In this document: positions 36,629 through 46,629 of the stretch, piece by piece | How positions within the stretch are numbered: position 1 is the stretch's first letter | Layout: every line of letters begins with the position of its first letter | Source: Candidatus Levybacteria bacterium RBG_16_35_11 | GTDB taxonomy: Bacteria; Patescibacteriota; Microgenomatia; Levybacterales; UBA12049 | DNA length: 60,736 nt | Direction of reading: 5' to 3' | NCBI GenBank assembly: GCA_001781995.1 | Contig: MFNH01000071.1 | Coordinates: 1 to 60,736 of the forward strand | Translations under genes and position numbers: made by a program | The notes under the pieces: model-generated | What the model was told of the DNA's origin: nothing | What the model saw: the letters and a program-made list of their open reading frames with translations, nothing else | The model's database searches: none

Positions 36629-36702
36629 TACCGCATAGGGGATTCGAACCCCTGATCTTCACGTTGAGAACGTGACGTCCTGGGCCACTAGACGAATGCG
36701 GC
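36629..36702 (-). tRNA. tRNA-Glu (anticodon CUC)
   Basis: Hand-folded cloverleaf: GCCGCAT-TC-GTCT-AGTGGCCCA-GGAC-G-TCACG-TTCTCAA-CGTGA-AGATC-AGGGG-TTCGAAT-CCCCT-ATGCGGT-A. Confidence 0.9.
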
Positions 36703-36772
36703 TCAATGTTTATTTTACCTCAATTTAGCATCCTAAACAAGCTTATCTAGGTTTGTTTTGATTATTTTTTTC

Positions 36773-36781
36773 TTGTATAAT
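36773..36781 (+). promoter_or_regulatory. extended -10 TTGTATAAT, 6 nt upstream of GTG 36788
   Basis: Exact TGTATAAT lying inside the ORF-track N-terminal extension. Confidence 0.5.
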
Positions 36782-36787
36782 CTTTTT

Positions 36788-37540
36788 GTGAGCTCAATTA
36801 ACCTCTCTATAATAATTCCTTGTTACAACGAAATGATAAATCTTCAAAAAGGAGTTTTGGATAAAATTGAAAGTTTTTTAAAAAAGCAAGATTACACATG
36901 GGAAGTAGTTGTCTCAGACGACGGATCAAATGACGGAAGCGTGGAATTTGTAGAAAAATTCATTAAAGAAAATCCGCATTTTAGACTTTTAAAAAATGCC
37001 CATTTGGGAAAAGCAGGGGCAGTTACAACCGGAATGTTGGAAGGGAAAGGGGATTACCGCTTGTTTACAGACATGGATCAGGCAACCCCAATAGAAGAAA
37101 TTAACAATTTGCTTCCCTATATAAAAGATTACGATATTGTTATAGGTGGAAGAAATTCACAGCGAAAAGGAGCTCCTATAACAAGATTAATAATGGCAAA
37201 CGGAATGATTCTTTTAAGAAGAATTATTGTCGGAATTCCCCAGGTAAAAGATACTCAATGTGGTTTTAAGTTATTTAGAAAAGAGCCGGCTAAAAAAATC
37301 TTTAAAAAAATCAAAGAAATTAAAAAAGGATTTCATCAAATTTCAGGCTCTGCGGTAAAAGCAGGATTTGACGTAGAACTTTTGTTACTTGCAGAAAATT
37401 TGGGTTACAAAATTAAAGAAGTCCCCGTTGAATGGCTATATGTAGAAACAAGAAGAGTAAGTCCCGTAAAAGATTCAGTTGAAGGATTAATTGATTTATT
37501 TAGAATTAGGTTCAATAAAATTAAGGGAATATATAACTAG
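36788..37540 (+). CDS. GT2 polyprenyl-phosphate glycosyltransferase (Dpm1/GtrB/CsbB-like)
   Basis: SIIIPCYNE, VVVSDDGSNDGS and TDMDQ. The GTG start is inferred from the promoter position. Confidence 0.8.
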   Translation: MSSINLSIIIPCYNEMINLQKGVLDKIESFLKKQDYTWEVVVSDDGSNDGSVEFVEKFIKENPHFRLLKNAHLGKAGAVTTGMLEGKGDYRLFTDMDQATPIEEINNLLPYIKDYDIVIGGRNSQRKGAPITRLIMANGMILLRRIIVGIPQVKDTQCGFKLFRKEPAKKIFKKIKEIKKGFHQISGSAVKAGFDVELLLLAENLGYKIKEVPVEWLYVETRRVSPVKDSVEGLIDLFRIRFNKIKGIYN

Positions 37541-37550
37541 TAATTAGTTG

Positions 37551-38726
37551 ATGTTTAAATATTTAAAAATCGGATACTTTATTACCCTTTTCGGACTGTT
37601 AATTTATTCTTTTACTCAGGTAGATTTAAATTTAACTCTTTCACAAATTTCAATCTTTCAGACTGCCCAAAAATCTCTTCAACAGATAGGTTTTTTTAAC
37701 AGACCTTTATCTACAACCATTTATGTTTTATTAGCTGTTTTAATGTTCCTATTCTATTTTTCCTTTCTTTTTATGGCATGGAAGAAAAAGATCGTAGCTA
37801 AACATGCTTGGGTTTTAATTATCGGGGCAATTGTAATTTTGACTTTTTCCTACAATGCATTCTCTTATGACCTATTTAACTATATGTTTGACGCAAAGAT
37901 ACTATCCTTATATGGTCAAAACCCCTTTCTTCACAGGCCGCTTGATTTTACAGGTGATCCATGGTTAAACTTCATGCGCTGGACGCACAGAATTTATCCC
38001 TATGGACCAAGTTGGTTAATTCTAACCGTTCCCTTGTCTTTTATAGGTATGAATTATTTTCTACCAACTTTTTTTCTCTTTAAAGTTCTTATGGCTTTGT
38101 CATTTTTTGGCACCACTTACTTAATTTACAAGATTTCGGAAAAACTCTCTCCCCAAAATGTTGTCTTTAATTTAGTTTTTTGGGGACTTAATCCGCTTGT
38201 TTTAATCGAGGGACTGGTGTCAGCTCATAATGATATGCCAATGGCTTTTTTCGGCTTATTGTTCATTTACCTATTTATTAACAAAAAAATTACAGGTTCA
38301 TTATTATCTTATTTGTTTTCTATCGGCGTAAAGTATGCAACAGCAGTTTTATTTCCTGTAATTATTCTTCTTTTCTATCTTAAGCAAGCTAATAAAAAGA
38401 TTAATTGGGATAAAATATTTTTGTACTTTGTGGTTTTATCGGCAGGGGCAGTAGTTATTGCCACAGTCAGATCAACGTTTCAGCCTTGGTACCTTCTTTA
38501 TATTTTGCCTTTTGCTGCCTTAATCGCAAAGAAGCTATATGTTTTTATTCCAACTGTTGCAGCAACTATATTTGGCATTGCAATTTATGTTCCCTATGTA
38601 TTGCTGACAGATTACAGCAAGTCATATCCAGCCGTTGTTATGCAAATAGAATTAATCGGATTCCTTACAGTTGTTATTCTCTTAATTATTTTTTCCCTAA
38701 AAGCACATTTTAAAAAAGCTTCTTAA
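37551..38726 (+). CDS. polytopic membrane protein, DUF2029/GT87-like mannosyltransferase candidate
   Basis: The first loop, SYDLFNYMFDAKILSLYGQNPF...YPYGPSW, resembles the DUF2029 signature; about 11 TM segments. Confidence 0.5.
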   Translation: MFKYLKIGYFITLFGLLIYSFTQVDLNLTLSQISIFQTAQKSLQQIGFFNRPLSTTIYVLLAVLMFLFYFSFLFMAWKKKIVAKHAWVLIIGAIVILTFSYNAFSYDLFNYMFDAKILSLYGQNPFLHRPLDFTGDPWLNFMRWTHRIYPYGPSWLILTVPLSFIGMNYFLPTFFLFKVLMALSFFGTTYLIYKISEKLSPQNVVFNLVFWGLNPLVLIEGLVSAHNDMPMAFFGLLFIYLFINKKITGSLLSYLFSIGVKYATAVLFPVIILLFYLKQANKKINWDKIFLYFVVLSAGAVVIATVRSTFQPWYLLYILPFAALIAKKLYVFIPTVAATIFGIAIYVPYVLLTDYSKSYPAVVMQIELIGFLTVVILLIIFSLKAHFKKAS

Positions 38727-38749
38727 TTTGCTTCTTTTTAATTTTTTTA

Positions 38750-38757
38750 TGTATAAT
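38750..38757 (+). promoter_or_regulatory. extended -10 TGTATAAT, 6 nt upstream of ATG 38764
   Basis: Exact TGTATAAT inside the ORF-track extension. Confidence 0.5.
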
Positions 38758-38763
38758 CTTCCT

Positions 38764-40272
38764 ATGGGTTTCATTAGAAAAAACAAGCTACAAATACTTC
38801 TTTTTCTGCTTGTGGCCGCTCTCTATTTCTTAGTAAGACTACCTAATCTGTTAGTAATGCCGATATTTACTGATGAGGCAATTTACACCCGTTGGGCGCA
38901 GATAGCCTTAAATGATTCTAGCTGGAGGTTTATTTCCTTAACAGATGGGAAGCAACCTCTTTTTGTTTGGTTTGCAATGGTTTTTATGAAAGTAATTAAC
39001 GATCCTTTGGTTGCCGCAAGATTGGTTTCAGTAATATCCGGATTATTTACAATGTTTGGGCTTTGGTTCTTATCCTTCGAGCTATTCAAGGACAAAAGAA
39101 TTGCCCATTTGACATCAATTATTTATGTATTTTTTCCGTTTGCCCAAGTATATGACCGTATGGCATTAATGGATAGCATGGTTGGAACTTTTTCTATTTG
39201 GGCCTTCTATTTTTCCATTCTACTGGTTAGAAGAACAAGCTTAAGTATTGCTTATACATTAGGTTTTACGTTGGGTGCAGGAGCGCTAACAAAATCTTCA
39301 AACTTTTTTAGTATGTATTGTCTACCTTTTACTTTGCTTTTGTTTAATTTTAGTAAAAATCAATTACTGAGAAGATTCTTAAAGTGGGGGATACTTGCTA
39401 TTTTTGCGGTAGTGATTGCGCAGGTTATTTATTCAATTCTTAGACTTTCTCCTTTATTCTCAACAATAGCGGCAAAAAATGGAACATTTATTTACCCATT
39501 TTCAGAATGGATTAACCATCCTTTTACTTTTTTAATCGGAAATTTAAGTGCGCTCTGGGATTGGCTTTTCGGATATTTGGCAATTTCCTATTTAATATTA
39601 ATCCTAATTTCAGTTATTTTCATTTTTAAAGAATTTAAAGAAAAGTTATTGCTTATTGTGTATTTTGCGATTCCTTTTTTTGCCTTGGCTGTGTTTGGAA
39701 AATTAATTTATGCCCGTTTCATTTTCTTTATGAGTTTGTATCTTTTGCCCTTGGCAGGATGGGGACTTGTCTTTCTAATTGACCAACTTCGTTCGAAACT
39801 TAAAATTAACAAGCTTGGTTATATCCTAGTAGCTGTCTTTATTGCTTATCCTGCTTTTATATCTTTTACGCTTTTAACAAACCCTATTAACGCAATGATC
39901 CCAAACACAGATAAAAGCCAATATCTTAACAGTTGGGCTGCCGGATGGGGAGTAAAAGAAAGCATACAATTTATTGAAAAAGAGGCAAGAAAAGGGAAAG
40001 TATATGTTGCAACGGAGGGAACTTTTGGCCTAATGCCCGAATCACTAGAGCTTTATCTTGTTAAAAACAAAAACGTAACTATTAAAGGCTATTGGCCAAT
40101 AGACGAGTTTCCAAAAGAGGTGATTGATAGCTCAAAGAAGATGCAAACCTACTTTGTTTTTTATCAACCCGAACATAAAGTAATTCCTCATGAATGGCCA
40201 TTAAAATTAATTTTTCAAAAAAGAGAAGGAAATAGCAACTCTTATTTTAGATTTTATCAAGTAATTCCATAG
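38764..40272 (+). CDS. ArnT/PMT-like GT-C glycosyltransferase (GT39/83-like)
   Basis: First-loop motif PIFTDEAIYTRWA, then a polytopic region and a soluble C-terminal domain. Confidence 0.65.
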   Translation: MGFIRKNKLQILLFLLVAALYFLVRLPNLLVMPIFTDEAIYTRWAQIALNDSSWRFISLTDGKQPLFVWFAMVFMKVINDPLVAARLVSVISGLFTMFGLWFLSFELFKDKRIAHLTSIIYVFFPFAQVYDRMALMDSMVGTFSIWAFYFSILLVRRTSLSIAYTLGFTLGAGALTKSSNFFSMYCLPFTLLLFNFSKNQLLRRFLKWGILAIFAVVIAQVIYSILRLSPLFSTIAAKNGTFIYPFSEWINHPFTFLIGNLSALWDWLFGYLAISYLILILISVIFIFKEFKEKLLLIVYFAIPFFALAVFGKLIYARFIFFMSLYLLPLAGWGLVFLIDQLRSKLKINKLGYILVAVFIAYPAFISFTLLTNPINAMIPNTDKSQYLNSWAAGWGVKESIQFIEKEARKGKVYVATEGTFGLMPESLELYLVKNKNVTIKGYWPIDEFPKEVIDSSKKMQTYFVFYQPEHKVIPHEWPLKLIFQKREGNSNSYFRFYQVIP

Positions 40273-40278
40273 GGAATT

Positions 40279-42642
40279 ATGTCTTTATTTAAAAAAACCT
40301 GGACTTATCTCGTAATTTTAATTATTGTCCTTTCTTTTTTTGCCCCTGTATTTAAAGGCCAAATTCCGTTCCCCGGAGATTATCTTATAAACCAAAATCC
40401 TTATGGTAAAAGTTCATTTCTTGGGTATGCTCCGGCAGGGTATCCAACTAAAGGTCAAGGGATAGATGTTGTAAAAGAAATTTATCCCTGGCGTTATTTT
40501 TCCATTAATCAATTAAAAATTGGAGAGATACCATTTTGGAATCCCTATAATTTTTCCGGAAATCCTCAAGCGGCAAATTTTCAAACAGCTGCTTTTTATC
40601 CTTTAAACTTTTTTTATTTTCTGGTTCCCTTTGACCTTTCTTGGTCTATTTTAATTATGATCCAACCTTTACTTGCCGGGTTTTTTATGTTTCTTTTTTT
40701 AAACCGGGGCTTAAAACTTTCAAATGAATCAGCAGTGCTTGGGGCAATTTCCTTTGGCCTCTCGTCCTATATGACGGTTTGGCTTGAGTATGGGAATATT
40801 GGCAATACTTTCATGTGGCTTCCCCTTATTCTTTATTTAATAAAGAAAATATCCGCTAAAAATTCCGTTTTGAGCTTTATACTTTTAACTTTCTCATTTG
40901 TCTTTAGTTTATTGGCAGGTTATATTCAGGGATTTTTCTATGTTTTTGCGGTATCTTTCTTGTTTTTGCTTTTTACTGTTTTTACCTCTGATAAAAAAAA
41001 CAGATTTAAAACAATCTTTATATTTTTTTCATCTTTTATCGTTTCTTTAATGCTTACTTCTTTTCAATTACTTTCAACTTACCAAATCTTTCAACAATCT
41101 ACCCGCGGATCATACAGTCTTTCTCAGTTTTCAAACTTACTTCTCCCGCCGTATTATTTAATAACTTTTTTCTTCTCCGATTTCTTTGGAAACCAGGCAA
41201 CAAGAAATTACTGGTTAGATGGAACATATATAGAAAGAGTAATGTATGTTGGAGTCGCTTTTTCTTTTTTTGTTTTTTATGCGGTTAAAAAGGTAGGATC
41301 AAAAGAAAAACTTTTTTTCTTAATCCTTGGTGCAGTATCTCTTATTGTTGCGACCAATTTCCCGCTTATAAAATACCTATACTTAATTCCAATTCCCGTC
41401 ATTTCTACCACTGTCCCAACAAGAGAGCTCTCTGTTTTTATTTTCTCAACAATAGTTTTGGGGGCAATGGGTGTTAATTTTTGGCAGAAAAATCCAAACA
41501 AAAGCAGACTACCGATCTTTTTTCTTGGCTTTTTTATCCTTATTATTCTTGGAGAGTTTATTGCTTATGCTTTGGGATATTTCCCAAATGCAAATTTTAG
41601 AATAACGCTTCGAAACTCAATTTTACCCTTTACTCTTGCAGCACTTACCATTTTTACCTTTTATTTTAAAAAATATAACAAGAAAGTTGCTTTAACCTTG
41701 CTTTTTTTAATTATCATCTTAGACCTCTCCTATTTTTTTAATAAAATTACTCCGTTTTCTCCAAAAGAGTTAATTTATCCGCAAACTCCTGTTGTAAATT
41801 TTTTAAACAAAAACGCAGGAATCAACCGTTTTTGGGGTTATGGGAGCGCATATATTTCTCCTAATTTTCAAACTGTTGATAAAACTTACTCTCCTGAGGG
41901 AAATGACCCGCTTCATATTGTCCGATACGGAGAGCTTTTAGCTTCCTCAAGGGATGGAAAATTGCCGGAAGTTCTCCCAAGACCGGATGCAAATGTCGCA
42001 AGCGGTTTTGGAAAGGAAGACTTAAAATCTAATTTTTTTAGAAAAAGAACCCTGGATTTATTAGGAGTTAAATATATCTTAAATGAAAGCGTTGAAATGA
42101 AGGCGGATTTAACTACCTTCCCAGAAGCTTCATATAGTCTTGTCTGGCAAAAATCCCCTTTTCAGATATATGAAAATAAAGCTGCGCTTCCAAGGTTTTT
42201 TTTGGCAAATAACTATGCAGTTAAAAGGGATAAAAATGATATTTTAAATTCCATTTACGATAAGAATTTAGACCTAAGAAAAACTCTTATTTTAGAAGAA
42301 GAACCCAAAATTTCAATTAACAAGGAAACAAAAGGGTCAGTTTCTTTAATTTCATATAAGCCTAATCAAGTTGAATTTAAAACTAAAAGTAATGGAAATT
42401 CACTTCTTTTTCTTTCCGATAATTATTTCCCTGGATGGGAAGTAAGAATGGATGGAAAAAAATGGCACTTGCAAAGAGCTAATTACACCTTCAGAGCAGT
42501 GCCTGTGCCTGAAGGTGAACATGCAGTTATAATGAACTATAGCCCGCAACTATTTAATTTTGGATTAAAAATCGGTGCCTTTGGCTTAATTTTACTCATT
42601 TTAATGTCTTTAGGAATAAAGTTTTATGAAAAGAAAAGTTAA
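40279..42642 (+). CDS. YfhO-family membrane glycosyltransferase, paralog 1
   Basis: PFWNPYNFSGNPQAANFQTAAFYPLN and C-terminal FPGWEVRMDGKK...RANYTFRAVPVPEGEH. Confidence 0.78.
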   Translation: MSLFKKTWTYLVILIIVLSFFAPVFKGQIPFPGDYLINQNPYGKSSFLGYAPAGYPTKGQGIDVVKEIYPWRYFSINQLKIGEIPFWNPYNFSGNPQAANFQTAAFYPLNFFYFLVPFDLSWSILIMIQPLLAGFFMFLFLNRGLKLSNESAVLGAISFGLSSYMTVWLEYGNIGNTFMWLPLILYLIKKISAKNSVLSFILLTFSFVFSLLAGYIQGFFYVFAVSFLFLLFTVFTSDKKNRFKTIFIFFSSFIVSLMLTSFQLLSTYQIFQQSTRGSYSLSQFSNLLLPPYYLITFFFSDFFGNQATRNYWLDGTYIERVMYVGVAFSFFVFYAVKKVGSKEKLFFLILGAVSLIVATNFPLIKYLYLIPIPVISTTVPTRELSVFIFSTIVLGAMGVNFWQKNPNKSRLPIFFLGFFILIILGEFIAYALGYFPNANFRITLRNSILPFTLAALTIFTFYFKKYNKKVALTLLFLIIILDLSYFFNKITPFSPKELIYPQTPVVNFLNKNAGINRFWGYGSAYISPNFQTVDKTYSPEGNDPLHIVRYGELLASSRDGKLPEVLPRPDANVASGFGKEDLKSNFFRKRTLDLLGVKYILNESVEMKADLTTFPEASYSLVWQKSPFQIYENKAALPRFFLANNYAVKRDKNDILNSIYDKNLDLRKTLILEEEPKISINKETKGSVSLISYKPNQVEFKTKSNGNSLLFLSDNYFPGWEVRMDGKKWHLQRANYTFRAVPVPEGEHAVIMNYSPQLFNFGLKIGAFGLILLILMSLGIKFYEKKS

Positions 42643-44167
42643 ATATTTAGTTCTAATATTAATAATGATATTAACAATTCCAACAATATGGGGATTGATT
42701 CATTCAGGTTTTTTTCCAAGCGATGACGGAAATTGGATGGTAATTAGATTCTCCGCCTTCTATGAAGCATTAAGAGAGGGTCAATTTCCTGTCCGGTTCC
42801 TTGTTAGATTAAATAACACATACGGTTATCCTGTTTCTGATTTTCTTTACCCTCTATTTATGTATTTGGCAGTTCCCATACATGTTCTGGGTTTTTCTTT
42901 TGTTAGCTCCATAAAAATTCTCTTTGGTATTTCAATGATTTTTTCAACAGTTTTTTCTTATCTTTGGCTTAGGAAAAAATTCACAATTTTAGCCTCTTTA
43001 GTTGGATCACTTACTTATACATATTTTCCATATCACTTATTTGACTTGTATAAAAGGGGATCAATTGGAGAAATCCTTGCTCTTGCGATTGTTCCCTTTG
43101 TTTTTTGGCAAATAGAAAGAAAAAACCTTCCTCTCACATCATTGGGAATAGGACTTCTGATTCTGTCACATAATACAGTTGCACTGCTTTTCCTCCCCAT
43201 TATTTTTATCTATATGCTTTTGATAAAAATTAAAATTCAGAAAATAATTCTTTCCTTTGCAATCTCTCTTGGGTTATCGATCTTCTTTTGGCTCCCGGCG
43301 CTTTATGATTCTCAGTTCACGATTTTTAGTAAAACTGCTGTTTCTGAATATTCAAAATATTTTGTTAGCTTTAATGATCTTAGTTTGTTTGGATTTATTA
43401 GCTTACTGACCTTATTGCTTGCTATTGCTATTTTGTTTCTCAAAAGAAGTAGAAATTTTACCTATTTCTTTTTAGTATTTATAGTTTTTAGCTTTCTTTC
43501 TCTTTCCTTATCGCAACTTGTTTGGGGATTAATTCCTTTTACGGGAGTTATTCAATTTCCGTTTAGGCTTTTGTCAGTTGTTGGTCTTTCCTGTGCCTAT
43601 TTAATTGGATATGAAGTTGATTTTTTCAAGAAAAACTTAAAGATAATTGTTAGCCTTATTTTCCTATTTCTCATTTTTACTTCCTCAAAAGATTTCATTT
43701 ACCCAAAATCTTTTCAATACTATCCCGACTCTTTTTACTCAACTAACCTTGACACGACCACCGTTAGAAACGAATACATGCCAAGATGGGTAAGAAGTGT
43801 TCCCCAATCTTTGCCAAGAGAGAAGGTGGAGATTTTAGAAGGAAAGGCAGAAATATCAAACCTTACTAATAAAGGGAACATAACATTTGACATAGAAGCT
43901 GAACAAAAAAGTTTGATTTCAATAAATACAATCTATTTTCCCGGCTGGATTGTTAAGGTTAACAGCTCAAAAGTCCCTATCGATTATGAAAAATCAGGCT
44001 TAATTCAATTCAATATAGAACCAGGCTCCCACAGGGTTTCAGTTTATTTCACCGAAACTCCTATAAGGCTTTTTGCCGATATTATCTCTCTAATCATTCT
44101 GGTTTTTGTTGTATATTCTCTTATTTTTGGTTCACGAGTAAAATTTCTTCGTTTTCTTTTAATTTAA
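42626..44167 (+). CDS. GT-C-like polytopic membrane protein (COG5617 / 6-pyruvoyl-tetrahydropterin-synthase-related membrane family), paralog 1
   Basis: FFPSDDGNWMVIRF...GQFPVRF and C-terminal YFPGWIVKVNSSK. The family call is from memory. Confidence 0.5.
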   Translation: MKRKVKYLVLILIMILTIPTIWGLIHSGFFPSDDGNWMVIRFSAFYEALREGQFPVRFLVRLNNTYGYPVSDFLYPLFMYLAVPIHVLGFSFVSSIKILFGISMIFSTVFSYLWLRKKFTILASLVGSLTYTYFPYHLFDLYKRGSIGEILALAIVPFVFWQIERKNLPLTSLGIGLLILSHNTVALLFLPIIFIYMLLIKIKIQKIILSFAISLGLSIFFWLPALYDSQFTIFSKTAVSEYSKYFVSFNDLSLFGFISLLTLLLAIAILFLKRSRNFTYFFLVFIVFSFLSLSLSQLVWGLIPFTGVIQFPFRLLSVVGLSCAYLIGYEVDFFKKNLKIIVSLIFLFLIFTSSKDFIYPKSFQYYPDSFYSTNLDTTTVRNEYMPRWVRSVPQSLPREKVEILEGKAEISNLTNKGNITFDIEAEQKSLISINTIYFPGWIVKVNSSKVPIDYEKSGLIQFNIEPGSHRVSVYFTETPIRLFADIISLIILVFVVYSLIFGSRVKFLRFLLI

Positions 44168-44176
44168 GGCTGTTGT

Positions 44177-44185
44177 TTGTATAAT
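44177..44185 (+). promoter_or_regulatory. extended -10 TTGTATAAT, 6 nt upstream of ATG 44192
   Basis: Exact TGTATAAT inside the ORF-track extension. Confidence 0.5.
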
Positions 44186-44191
44186 ACGGAT

Positions 44192-45922
44192 ATGGCCTTG
44201 TTAAAACGGGTTTGGCCCTTTTTACTGCTTATAATTCTTTCTCTTTTTGCAATTTGGCCACTTTTTCATCCTGGATTTTTTCCGATTCATGATGATGAGC
44301 AAATTGCAAGACTCCAGCAACTAACGCTTGTAATTAATAATTTTCAGATTCCTCCTCGCTGGGTGCCGGATTTAGGTTTTGGTTTTGGTTTTCCGCTATT
44401 TAATTTTTATCCGCCTCTTTTTTATTACCTTGGTTATTTAATTCACTTTTTTGGCTTCTCATTTATTAATTCCACAAAAATTGCCATTTTTTTGGGTTTT
44501 ATTCTTTCTTCTTTTTTCATGTTTGTCTGGGTTAGAAAACACTTTGGAATTCTTGCTGGTATTTTTTCCGCTTTTTTATACACTTACGTTCCATACCACG
44601 CAGTTGATCTATATGTAAGAGGGGCAATGTCCGAATTTTTCTCTTTTGTCTTTATTCCAGCAGTTTTTTGGTCCTTTGATAGAGTAGCGGAAAAAAAGAA
44701 TCTGCAAAGCAGCCTTCTTGCCGGTATCTTCTTGGGGTTTGTAATTTTAACCCATAATCTGGTTTTTATTCAGTTTGTCCCATTCTTAGTAATTTATCTT
44801 GTCTATTTGATTTACATTGAAAGAAAAAATATTGGAAAAGTTCTTTCTTTGTTTGCGGTATCAATAATATCAAGCATTGGATTAACTTTATATTTCACTC
44901 TTCCTGCTCTTTTGGAGAAACAATATACATTGGTGGACAAAATTCTAACCGGGGAACTTGCCAGTTATAAACTTTATTTTGTCTGTCCAACACAATTTAT
45001 AAATTCTCCCTGGGGCTATGGAGGATCCGCTCCCGGTTGCATTGACGGAATGTCTTTTCAGATAGGAAAAATCCCTCTTTTTATATCTTTACTGGCGTTT
45101 TATTTGCTAATCTTTTTTGCCCCGTTTAAAAAGATCTTTAAAGTCAAAAATGTTCTTCTTCCGGTTGTTGGGTTTATTCTTTTTATCTTCTCTGTTTTTA
45201 TGGCAACCTCATATTCTCAGCTTATTTGGAATGCAGTTGCGCCTTTATCATATATCCAGTTTCCATGGAGATTTCTTTTATTTACAGCTGTTTTTACATC
45301 TTTTTTGGGAGGCTTTGTTATTTCTTTTTTGCAAAAATATGTTAATAGATTAATTGTATATGCCATTTTAATTATTCTAATGATTGCAACGATATGCTCT
45401 GCTAGGAATGACTTTAAACCGCAATCTTATTTAAATGTTTCAGATTCTTTCTATACATCAAAGCAAGATATCCAATGGAGGGTTTCGGGACTTTCTTATG
45501 AATATGTTCCAAATGGAGTTGCAACAAAACTTTCAAGCCGGGGAACAACTATGCTAGACATATCTGAAACCGATCTTCCAAAACAATCTTTTCAGGTTTT
45601 ATCCGGAAACATGAAGGTAGATCAGAGAATAAATAAACCACAGTATAAAAGATATGAAATTTTAGTTGATTCTCCGGGTCAATTTAGGATAAATACTTTC
45701 TCATTTCCCGGCTGGAAGGTGCTTGTAGATTCAAAAAAAGTAGAATACAATGACACCAATAAATTAAAATTAATTGAGATAGGATTATCTAATGGTCGCC
45801 ATAACGTAGAAGTTTTATTTTCCGATACATTACCAAGAACAGTTGGAAATATTGTAAGCGGATTTACAATATTGTTTCTTTTAATTTTTGAATTAAAACC
45901 TTTATTAAAAAAGAAATTATGA
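44192..45922 (+). CDS. GT-C-like polytopic membrane protein, paralog 2 of the 42626 gene
   Basis: FFPIHDDEQIARL...FQIPPRW, YTYVPYH (YTYFPYH in paralog 1), and C-terminal FSFPGWKVLVDSKK. Confidence 0.5.
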   Translation: MALLKRVWPFLLLIILSLFAIWPLFHPGFFPIHDDEQIARLQQLTLVINNFQIPPRWVPDLGFGFGFPLFNFYPPLFYYLGYLIHFFGFSFINSTKIAIFLGFILSSFFMFVWVRKHFGILAGIFSAFLYTYVPYHAVDLYVRGAMSEFFSFVFIPAVFWSFDRVAEKKNLQSSLLAGIFLGFVILTHNLVFIQFVPFLVIYLVYLIYIERKNIGKVLSLFAVSIISSIGLTLYFTLPALLEKQYTLVDKILTGELASYKLYFVCPTQFINSPWGYGGSAPGCIDGMSFQIGKIPLFISLLAFYLLIFFAPFKKIFKVKNVLLPVVGFILFIFSVFMATSYSQLIWNAVAPLSYIQFPWRFLLFTAVFTSFLGGFVISFLQKYVNRLIVYAILIILMIATICSARNDFKPQSYLNVSDSFYTSKQDIQWRVSGLSYEYVPNGVATKLSSRGTTMLDISETDLPKQSFQVLSGNMKVDQRINKPQYKRYEILVDSPGQFRINTFSFPGWKVLVDSKKVEYNDTNKLKLIEIGLSNGRHNVEVLFSDTLPRTVGNIVSGFTILFLLIFELKPLLKKKL

Positions 45923-46629
45923 AAAAGATAGATGAGCTTTCCGTTTTTTTCCCATTTTGGAATGAGCAAGAAAACGTAGAAACAGTTGTAAAAAATGCAA
46001 TCCCAATTGCCCAAAAAATTGCAAAGGTGTGGGAAATAATAATTGTAGATGACGGTTCTTCGGACAATACTCTTAAAATTGCCGAAAGATTGGCAAAAGA
46101 AAACAAAAATGTTGCTGTTGCCTCACACCAGCCAAACAGAGGCTACGGAGCAGCCCTAAAAGAGGGTTTTGCTAAAGCAAAGTATAACACTATTGTTTTT
46201 ACAGACGGGGACAGGCAGTTTGATTTTTCCGAAGTTTCAAAATTCTTAGACAAGATTGATAAAGCAGATATGGTAATAGGTTACAGAGAAAAAAGAATGG
46301 ATCAGCCTGTCAGACATGTCTTAATGATGCTTTTAAAAATCTGGGATTTTGTCTTTTTTGGTATTTACCAAAGAGATATTGACTGCGGATTTAAGATGTT
46401 TAAAAGAAAAGCTTTGAATAAAATTCTTCCCCTTTATTCCGAGGGAGCAATGATTACCACCGAGATTTTGGCAAAAGCAAAAAAAGCAAAGCTAAAAATA
46501 GTTCAGGTTAAAGTAACGCATTTACCAAGAAAATACGGTGATCAAAGCGGAGGAAACTTAAGGGTCGTTATCAGAGCAATAAGAGAAAGCTTTAATCTTT
46601 GGAAAGAGTTAAAAAATGGAAGAAATTGA
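45919..46629 (+). CDS. GT2 polyprenyl-phosphate glycosyltransferase (Dpm1/GtrB-like)
   Basis: SVFFPFWNE, IIVDDGSSDNT and TDGDRQFD; 236 aa. Confidence 0.85.
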   Translation: MKKIDELSVFFPFWNEQENVETVVKNAIPIAQKIAKVWEIIIVDDGSSDNTLKIAERLAKENKNVAVASHQPNRGYGAALKEGFAKAKYNTIVFTDGDRQFDFSEVSKFLDKIDKADMVIGYREKRMDQPVRHVLMMLLKIWDFVFFGIYQRDIDCGFKMFKRKALNKILPLYSEGAMITTEILAKAKKAKLKIVQVKVTHLPRKYGDQSGGNLRVVIRAIRESFNLWKELKNGRN

